32,000 bases of DNA. It comes from Nostoc sp. PCC 7120 = FACHB-418. GTDB taxonomy: Bacteria > Cyanobacteriota > Cyanobacteriia > Cyanobacteriales > Nostocaceae. Made by a program: the position numbers and the translations under genes. The stretch is taken from positions 1,380,001 to 1,412,000 of the forward strand of contig NC_003272.1 of assembly GCF_000009705.1 (NCBI RefSeq). Direction: 5' to 3'. Below, in pieces: positions 10,042 through 16,559 of this stretch. Below the pieces are notes generated by a model, which saw only the letters and a list, made by a program, of their open reading frames with translations, did no database searches and was not told the DNA's origin. Every line of letters begins with the position of its first letter. Position 1 is the stretch's first letter.

Positions 10042-11310
10042 ATGAACTGCAAGACGTATAAAAAAATACATATAACTCCATCTCATCAAACCACCCAAAT
10101 TACTCTGCATACGGCAAAACCACTCTTAGCTTTAGCCACATTGATAGGATCTGCTATTCCTGCTCAAGCCATCACATTTAACTTTACCTATCAGCCAGGA
10201 ATCACACAGGAACAGATTGCAGCAGTTGAGTTAGCAGGAAGTATTTGGTCTGCTTACTTACAAGATATAGATGTTGTGGTCAACGTCCATGTCGAGATGA
10301 CCGAAGGCGTTTTAGCTGAGGGTAAATTGGGCGGTGCAACCCCAGCGATTAAAAAGATCAACTATGACAAGTTCAAAGAAGGTTTGGGTGCAGATGGTAC
10401 AGCTAATATCCATCAGTTGCCAACTTCTACCCACAGCAGTGATAAATATAGAACTAGACTAACAGGCGGCATCATCAATAGTAGTAACTATGAACTTCTG
10501 ACAACTACAGCCAATAATAAAGCCCTCGGTAATGACTTGAGTGGCGATGCTTCTGGATTAGATGGCTATATTCAATTAGAAAAATCAGTTAATTGGAGTT
10601 ACAGGCACGCTGGGGGCAAAGTTGGACACAACCAATATGATTTTGTCAGTGTAGCTATCCACGAAATTGGGCATAGCTTGGGTTTTATTAGTGGTATTGA
10701 TGCTTTGAGTGGTTTAGCTTTACCTACTGCTCTTGATATGTTTCGCTACTCTACCGAGAGTGCCAGCCAAAGAGCAATTGACTACACAGTTGGTGGAACT
10801 AAATACTTCTCAATCAACGGAGGGCAAAATCCGTTTAACTTTACTCAAATAGAAAAAAACGCCCCCAATGTATACCAAGCAATCTTTTCTACTGGCGAAA
10901 ATACCCTCTTGGGAGGTGATGGGGAGCAGGCTAGTCACTGGAAAAGAAATAGCCAACCCTATTTAGGGATTATGTCCTCAACTATCAGCATGGGAGGAAT
11001 TAGAAAAATTTCCAAACTGGATCTCGCTGCCCTCGATTACATTGGTTGGCAGGTTGATTATTCCCCAAAAATTAATTTGCCTGCCTTATCCACGAATGCC
11101 CAAACTAAAGCACAAAAAATTTGGGAGTCACAATTCGATAGTAATACAAATAACGATGCCATCCGCGATCGCTCTTCTGATGTACAGCAAATGATGCAGG
11201 AAAGTGGGATTTATAACTGGGGCTGGAATGGATATTGGCAAACAGCCAATCCTACTCCATCATCACAAGTACCTATTTGTTCTCACACAAAAGAACAGGG
11301 CAATAAATAA
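10042..11310 (+). CDS. Secreted HExxH zinc-metalloprotease-like protein (HExxHxLGF type), paralogue A, without PEP-CTERM
   Basis: 422-aa ORF. The signal-like N-terminus is LLALATLIGSAIPAQA. The conserved N-block is ITFNFTYQPG. The catalytic-type motif is AIHEIGHSLGFISGID (10660-10686). It also has DMFRYS, GGDGEQASHWK and the C-terminal Trp-rich block YNWGWNGYWQ. It is a clear paralogue of 12022..13587. Confidence 0.75.
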   Translation: MNCKTYKKIHITPSHQTTQITLHTAKPLLALATLIGSAIPAQAITFNFTYQPGITQEQIAAVELAGSIWSAYLQDIDVVVNVHVEMTEGVLAEGKLGGATPAIKKINYDKFKEGLGADGTANIHQLPTSTHSSDKYRTRLTGGIINSSNYELLTTTANNKALGNDLSGDASGLDGYIQLEKSVNWSYRHAGGKVGHNQYDFVSVAIHEIGHSLGFISGIDALSGLALPTALDMFRYSTESASQRAIDYTVGGTKYFSINGGQNPFNFTQIEKNAPNVYQAIFSTGENTLLGGDGEQASHWKRNSQPYLGIMSSTISMGGIRKISKLDLAALDYIGWQVDYSPKINLPALSTNAQTKAQKIWESQFDSNTNNDAIRDRSSDVQQMMQESGIYNWGWNGYWQTANPTPSSQVPICSHTKEQGNK

Positions 11311-11457
11311 GCTTGTGCGTTGAACTGACTACCCATTGAGATATATCAGAAAACGGGCTGAAAATACTGTGCTTCCTTAGATATGACAAAGGCTTTTTCA
11401 TTCATTCTTCATCCTGACTCTCAACAGTAAAAATTTAAATCATTAAGGTTTGTCAAT

Positions 11458-11808
11458 ATGTCTTCAAATTGTTTGAAATTACTTCCTTGGTTCGGATGGC
11501 TTACACCCTTAACGTTAGCTGCTTCAATAGTCATAATTAGTAATACTTCAGCCCAAGAATTGCAATTTAATTCCACTTATGAAACAGCGACAACCATAGA
11601 CCAAATGCTCGGCGATGAAATGGCTAGTAGGGATTTGTCAAATTACCTAGCCGATAATGTCACCGTGATTCCTATCAATAACAATGGAAATGGCGATCGC
11701 GGTGAATCGTTAAACCAAACGATCAGTAGCAGTAGTCTTTACGCCTGGGATTGGTGGGATTGGTGGCGTGGGAATGGCTATTGGAATGACAAGGGTTGGG
11801 ATTGCTAG
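11458..11808 (+). CDS. Internally deleted metalloprotease paralogue: signal peptide and N-terminal block fused in frame to the Trp-rich tail, with no catalytic domain (possibly a gene remnant)
   Basis: 116-aa ORF. LQFNSTYETATTIDQMLGDEMASRDLSNYLADNVTV aligns with LQFNFTYAPGTTLDQMLGYEMAGKYWSNYLADDVTV of the downstream gene. NNNGNGDRGESLNQTISSSSLYAWDWW aligns with NNNGYDDRGESLNQMINSSGTYNWGWN. DNA-level similarity is visible by eye. There is no HExxH. Confidence 0.55.
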   Translation: MSSNCLKLLPWFGWLTPLTLAASIVIISNTSAQELQFNSTYETATTIDQMLGDEMASRDLSNYLADNVTVIPINNNGNGDRGESLNQTISSSSLYAWDWWDWWRGNGYWNDKGWDC

Positions 11809-12021
11809 TAGCAATTCTCCGCCAAGAAACTCGCGTAAAAATAAAATACCAGCCAATCTGTATCAACATTAAGTCAAGCAGAGTCCAAAACTTTATCCGC
11901 CAGTCCCCAACTTAAAGATTAGAGGTAGCTCTTGAAGTCAAGAAGTAACCAACAATAACTCTCTTACTTCCTCAGCCTCAAGAGCCTCCTCAGCTTATCT
12001 GTTTATCTTGAGCCTAATTCC

Positions 12022-13587
12022 ATGAATAAAAATATCAATTACAGGCAAAATAAATCTCTTGGCTTAATCAAGCTAATTACACCTCTAACATTGGCTGGTT
12101 CTATGGTTATGGTGGGTAGTATATCAGCCCAAGCATTGCAATTTAATTTCACCTATGCACCAGGGACAACCCTAGACCAAATGCTCGGTTATGAGATGGC
12201 GGGTAAATATTGGTCAAATTATTTAGCCGATGATGTCACGGTCAATATCTTTATTGAGCCGACAAATAAGTTACCTACTAATGTCATTGGTGGGGCAATA
12301 CCAGGGGTGACTTCGCAAAACTTTAGCACTGTTTATCAAAAGCTGCAAACAGATATCACCTCAACTAGCGATCACATAGCTTTAAATAGTTTATATAACC
12401 AATGTCAGACCAGCCTTACCTTTAGCAATGGATGGTTTCAGAATCAATGCACAGGATATAAATCTTTAACGAATACCTATAAAAATGGTCTAACTAACTT
12501 AGATATTCACTCCGATGTCAAAAAGATCAATCTCACTCGTGCTAATGCCAAAGCTTTAGGAATGATTAGTGCTAATGACCCTGGTTATGATGGTTATATT
12601 CTCGTGAGTAACTTAAGCAATATTGCTAGGCCTCTGTCATGGAATTATTTTTCTGCCACCAATACCAGTAGTACTATTCCTAACGCCACTCTAGACTTTT
12701 TCACTGTGGCGGTACATGAACTGACTCACACCCTCGGCTTTATCAGTGGTATAGACTTACCTGAATACCAAGATTTATTGACAAAAAAAACATGGTTAAC
12801 CAGTGATGATATGTCTAAATATGGCTACCTGATGGATATGTTTCGTTTATCTGAGAATAGCCGCTTTTGGAATAGACCTGATATATCCGTTGGTGTAGAT
12901 ACGATGTTATCTCTTGATGGTGGTATGACCAAGTTAGGTAATATGTCTTCTGGAAGTACCAAATTTGGAGGAGATGGTAATCAAGGTAGTCACTGGAAAA
13001 AAGACGCTACCTATGATGGCATTATGGAGTCTAGTTTGGGTGCAGGCGGTACGAGAAAATTTGTGACCAATAATGATCTGACTACTTTAGATATCTTGGG
13101 GTGGAATCTACAGCAGAACAATCAAGACCTACTCAGCACTTTCAATAGTGCTAAATCTGGACTGGCTACTAAGATGGGAGTTACTACCAGTTGGATGGAT
13201 GACAACCCTACTCAAGCAGCTTTACTGCTAACACCACAATATATCGATGCTAATAACAATGGCTACGATGATCGCGGTGAATCCTTGAACCAGATGATCA
13301 ATAGCAGTGGTACTTATAACTGGGGTTGGAATGGTTATTGGTGGGGTTGGAATGGCTATTGGTGGGGTTGGAATGGCTATTGGCAAACTACGGACAATTT
13401 AACCACAGATGGCTTTTGGCAAAATTTCGCTTGGGAAACACTGGATGAGTATGAACATGGCGACCATGACTATTTAAGTGGGTCTTCTCAGTCCCAATCT
13501 GTACCAGAACCCACTACTATCTTTGGATTATTTGGCATAGCCATAATGGGCATTGCTACAAAGCTCAAGCGTCGTTGTGAATATTAG
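12022..13587 (+). CDS. Secreted HExxH zinc-metalloprotease-like protein (HExxHxLGF type), paralogue C, with a C-terminal PEP-CTERM sorting signal
   Basis: 521-aa ORF. The signal-like N-terminus is LTLAGSMVMVGSISAQA. It has LQFNFTYAPG, AVHELTHTLGFISGID (12714-12740), DMFRLS, GGDGNQGSHWK and the triple GWNGYWW. The C-terminus VPEPTTIFGLFGIAIMGIATKLKRRCEY (13501-13587) is VPEP plus a hydrophobic helix plus a basic tail, which is a PEP-CTERM architecture. Confidence 0.8.
   Translation: MNKNINYRQNKSLGLIKLITPLTLAGSMVMVGSISAQALQFNFTYAPGTTLDQMLGYEMAGKYWSNYLADDVTVNIFIEPTNKLPTNVIGGAIPGVTSQNFSTVYQKLQTDITSTSDHIALNSLYNQCQTSLTFSNGWFQNQCTGYKSLTNTYKNGLTNLDIHSDVKKINLTRANAKALGMISANDPGYDGYILVSNLSNIARPLSWNYFSATNTSSTIPNATLDFFTVAVHELTHTLGFISGIDLPEYQDLLTKKTWLTSDDMSKYGYLMDMFRLSENSRFWNRPDISVGVDTMLSLDGGMTKLGNMSSGSTKFGGDGNQGSHWKKDATYDGIMESSLGAGGTRKFVTNNDLTTLDILGWNLQQNNQDLLSTFNSAKSGLATKMGVTTSWMDDNPTQAALLLTPQYIDANNNGYDDRGESLNQMINSSGTYNWGWNGYWWGWNGYWWGWNGYWQTTDNLTTDGFWQNFAWETLDEYEHGDHDYLSGSSQSQSVPEPTTIFGLFGIAIMGIATKLKRRCEY
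13321..13383 (+). repeat. 3 x 21-bp perfect-phase tandem repeat encoding (W)GWNGYW
   Basis: The units are TGGGGTTGGAATGGTTATTGG (13321-13341), TGGGGTTGGAATGGCTATTGG (13342-13362) and TGGGGTTGGAATGGCTATTGG (13363-13383). Copies 2 and 3 are identical and copy 1 differs by one T/C. Confidence 0.95.
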
Positions 13588-13789
13588 CAAAGTGGAAGAG
13601 TTCTATTGTTAGTTTAGTTAGTTTTTGGGGAAATATACTTTAGTTAGCAAGAGAAGAGAGTATCCCATCCACAGACATAATCTGTGTTGATGTGAATCAA
13701 TCTAATTTGTCCCACTTGCTTACAGTTCAAGTTATGTTTGCAAGGGGATTTTGCATTAGACAAGCTGGCAAAATTTATATAAAAATATA

Positions 13790-16342
13790 ATGGTGATTTT
13801 ACAACAAACAAAAATATTATTTTTTTTTACCTTTTGTCTATTTCTAGAAACACCTTTAAAGGCATTAGCACAGACTCAACTTAATCCTGATAACACATTG
13901 CCCACTAATGTGAATAATATTGGTGGTGGTGTGTACGATATTACTGGCGGTGCTAGACCAAATAATGGTGCTAATCTTTTCCACAGTTTCCAAGATTTTG
14001 CGATTCGATCAGGTGATACTGCCAGGTTTATTTATGATACAGGGATTAACAATATCATCACACGGGTTACGGGAGGGTCGCCTTCCCAAATTAACGGAAC
14101 TATTCAAACACTTCTCAATGGCACTAACAATATAGGCAATGCCAATTTATTTCTGATCAATCCTTATGGAATCATCTTTGGTGCTAATGCCAAATTAGAT
14201 ATAGGTGGCTCATTTATTGGTACTACAGCAGATAGCATCAAATTCACTGATGGGACAGAATTTAGTGCTACTAACCCCACCGTTAACCCAATTCTTACTG
14301 TTAGTGTACCTCTCGGCTTGCAATTTGGTTCTCATCCCACCAGCACCATTCAAGTACAAGGTTCAGGCAACAATTTAAGGCTCAACCCCGATTTTTCTAT
14401 TGATAGCAGGAACCGTCCACCAGGATTGAGCTATAAAACCCCAAATGGTCAGACTTTAGCACTAATTGCAGGCAAGGTAGAACTAGATGGAGGAAATATT
14501 ACTGTACCCCAGGGAAGAGTTGAATTATGGTCTGTGAATCAAGGTGAAGTTACAATTACCAATCCTAGTGGACAGCTACAACTACAACCCACACCAGGAA
14601 TTAGTTATGGTAATGTTAACCTTCTGAATGCTGCCTCTGTAGATACTAGTGGGAATAGTGGCGGTATTATCCAGGCACGAGGGCAAAATGTGACTCTCGA
14701 AAACGGCTCAGTGATAGTTACAGATACCATCGGTAATGGTTCTGGAGGAATATTGAATATCTCTGCATCTGAGGCGTTGACTATTAAAGGCTTTGTCCTA
14801 AATCCTAATAACCAGGTATCTAGCAGCATACTAGCTGATGTTGGCTCAGGTGCAAGTGGAGAGGGAGGTAAAATCAGCATTAGCACGAAAACCTTACAAG
14901 TGAGCAATGGGGGTCAAATTTCGAGCGGTACTTTTGGGACTGGAAACGCTGGAGAATTGAATGTTACAGCTCAGGATGTGCAGGTAAGTGGTATTTCTCC
15001 CTTCGGTCCGAGTGGTTTATTTGCTCCTGTTGCTCCTGGTGCAAGAGGAAACGGGGGTAGCTTAGGAGTTGAAACTAAGAAATTACAAGTTACTGATGGC
15101 GGACAGATATTCACCACTACCTATGGGTTTGGCCAAGCTGGTGATTTGAAAATCCTTGCTGAAGATGTGGAAGTTATTGGTGGGACACAATTTGGCCCTA
15201 GTATTATTGCCGCTACAACCATAAAACTATCAGCAATTCCAGAGCCAATAGCCACTTTTTTAGGTGCTGGTTTTGGTACAGGCGGTAATTTAATGATTGA
15301 AACCAATAACTTACGAGTTGCTGATGGGGGTCAGATTGCTGTTAGTACATCTGGGAATGGCTCGGCTGGTAACATGACGATTACTGCTAACTCGGTAGAA
15401 TTGACAGGTACTAATCAACTTGGTCGTAGTGGGTTATTCGCTAACGCTATTGTTGGTACTGGTCAAGGTGGCGATGTCAATGTGAGTGCTAATCGCTTAG
15501 TGGTTCGTGATGGTGCAACTATCAATGTCAGTAATTTACTCAGTCGAGACCCACAAAATCTGCTGGGTTTAGCTGGTCAAGGGGCGGCTGGAGATATCAC
15601 ACTTGATTCTGCTGATATTTTACTAGCAAATCAAGGGATAATTACTGCTGATACTAATGCCGGAGATAAAGGCAATATTACGATTCAATCGGATACTTTG
15701 CAAATGCTGCGCGGTAGTCAAATTAGCACCAATGCCCGCAATAGTGCAGTTGGGGGAAATATTAACATCACTACGAATACTTTAGTGGCTTACGAGAATA
15801 GTGATATTACCGCTAATGCTCAACAAGGTTTTGGGGGTAGGGTGGTTGTCAATGCCAAAGGAATTTTTGGGATTCAATTTCGTCCCCAACCGACTCCATA
15901 CAGTGATCTGACGGCTTCTTCTGATTTGGGTGCGGAGTTTCATGGTACCGTAGAATCGAATACGCTAGATGTTGATCCTACTAGCGGATTAGTGAAGCTA
16001 CCAACTAATTTTAGCGATCGCTCACAGCAGATAGCCAGTGGTTGTAGTACAACGCAACAGAATCGTTTTGTTGTTAGCAATCGTGGCGGATTACCTGCCA
16101 ATCCTACTGATACCGTCAGAGGTGAGATAGTTTGGTATGATGTCCGTGATTTATCAAATGAAGTAGCTAACTCAACAGCAAGCAGTAACTATCAAACTGC
16201 TAGTAATCAACAACCAATTGTTGAGGCTCAAGGACTAATTGTTAGTGCAGATGGTACAATACGGCTACTAGCATCCATCCCCACGGTAACGCCTCTTACT
16301 CCGTGGCAAGTATCACCTTCATGTAATGTTAAACCATCTTAA
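13790..16342 (+). CDS. Two-partner-secretion exoprotein (TpsA-like; filamentous-haemagglutinin N-terminal domain plus beta-helix repeats)
   Basis: 850-aa ORF. The signal peptide is FFFTFCLFLETPLKALAQ/T. TPS-domain motifs are YDITGGARPNNGANLFHSFQDF, ITRVTGGSPSQINGTI and ANLFLINPYGIIFG. Gly/Asn/Thr-rich repeats recur as L-x-V-x-DGGQI...G-x-G-x-AG-x-L. The C-terminal block is SGCS...NRFVVSNRGGLPANP...SPSC. Confidence 0.85.
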   Translation: MVILQQTKILFFFTFCLFLETPLKALAQTQLNPDNTLPTNVNNIGGGVYDITGGARPNNGANLFHSFQDFAIRSGDTARFIYDTGINNIITRVTGGSPSQINGTIQTLLNGTNNIGNANLFLINPYGIIFGANAKLDIGGSFIGTTADSIKFTDGTEFSATNPTVNPILTVSVPLGLQFGSHPTSTIQVQGSGNNLRLNPDFSIDSRNRPPGLSYKTPNGQTLALIAGKVELDGGNITVPQGRVELWSVNQGEVTITNPSGQLQLQPTPGISYGNVNLLNAASVDTSGNSGGIIQARGQNVTLENGSVIVTDTIGNGSGGILNISASEALTIKGFVLNPNNQVSSSILADVGSGASGEGGKISISTKTLQVSNGGQISSGTFGTGNAGELNVTAQDVQVSGISPFGPSGLFAPVAPGARGNGGSLGVETKKLQVTDGGQIFTTTYGFGQAGDLKILAEDVEVIGGTQFGPSIIAATTIKLSAIPEPIATFLGAGFGTGGNLMIETNNLRVADGGQIAVSTSGNGSAGNMTITANSVELTGTNQLGRSGLFANAIVGTGQGGDVNVSANRLVVRDGATINVSNLLSRDPQNLLGLAGQGAAGDITLDSADILLANQGIITADTNAGDKGNITIQSDTLQMLRGSQISTNARNSAVGGNINITTNTLVAYENSDITANAQQGFGGRVVVNAKGIFGIQFRPQPTPYSDLTASSDLGAEFHGTVESNTLDVDPTSGLVKLPTNFSDRSQQIASGCSTTQQNRFVVSNRGGLPANPTDTVRGEIVWYDVRDLSNEVANSTASSNYQTASNQQPIVEAQGLIVSADGTIRLLASIPTVTPLTPWQVSPSCNVKPS

Positions 16343-16559
16343 TGGTGAAATTGCTGCAACTAAATTACTTTCTCTCTTAACTAACCTGCGGAATGTGGGC
16401 TACAACAGAATTGGTAGTGCTACAGAGACACCTTGGCGTATTTCTCATTGGCCTTTTGGGAAGATGCACAAATGGGGCAGGTAGGTATGAGACGAGACCA
16501 GCAATAAACTCTACTTTTCCATCATTACATCTTGAGTACTACCCCCCCTCTGGAAAATT

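Noticed and set aside
13920-15306. ORFs 13920..14135 (+), 14605..14907 (-) and 15121..15306 (-) inside the TpsA gene.
   Set aside because: They are alternative-frame or antisense shadows of a long repetitive Gly/Asn/Thr-rich coding region. Their products are low-complexity and they have no independent signals.
13790-16342. TpsA as a contact-dependent-inhibition (CdiA-like) toxin.
   Set aside because: It is only 850 aa, with no recognisable pre-toxin motif or variable C-terminal toxin, and no small immunity ORF downstream. The next gene is the convergent tpsB.
10042-16342. A diversity-generating retroelement or other targeted hypervariation acting on the repeated metalloprotease and TpsA sequences.
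   Set aside because: There is no reverse transcriptase gene, and I could see no template/variable repeat pair with adenine-specific differences. The variation looks like ordinary duplication, deletion and slippage.
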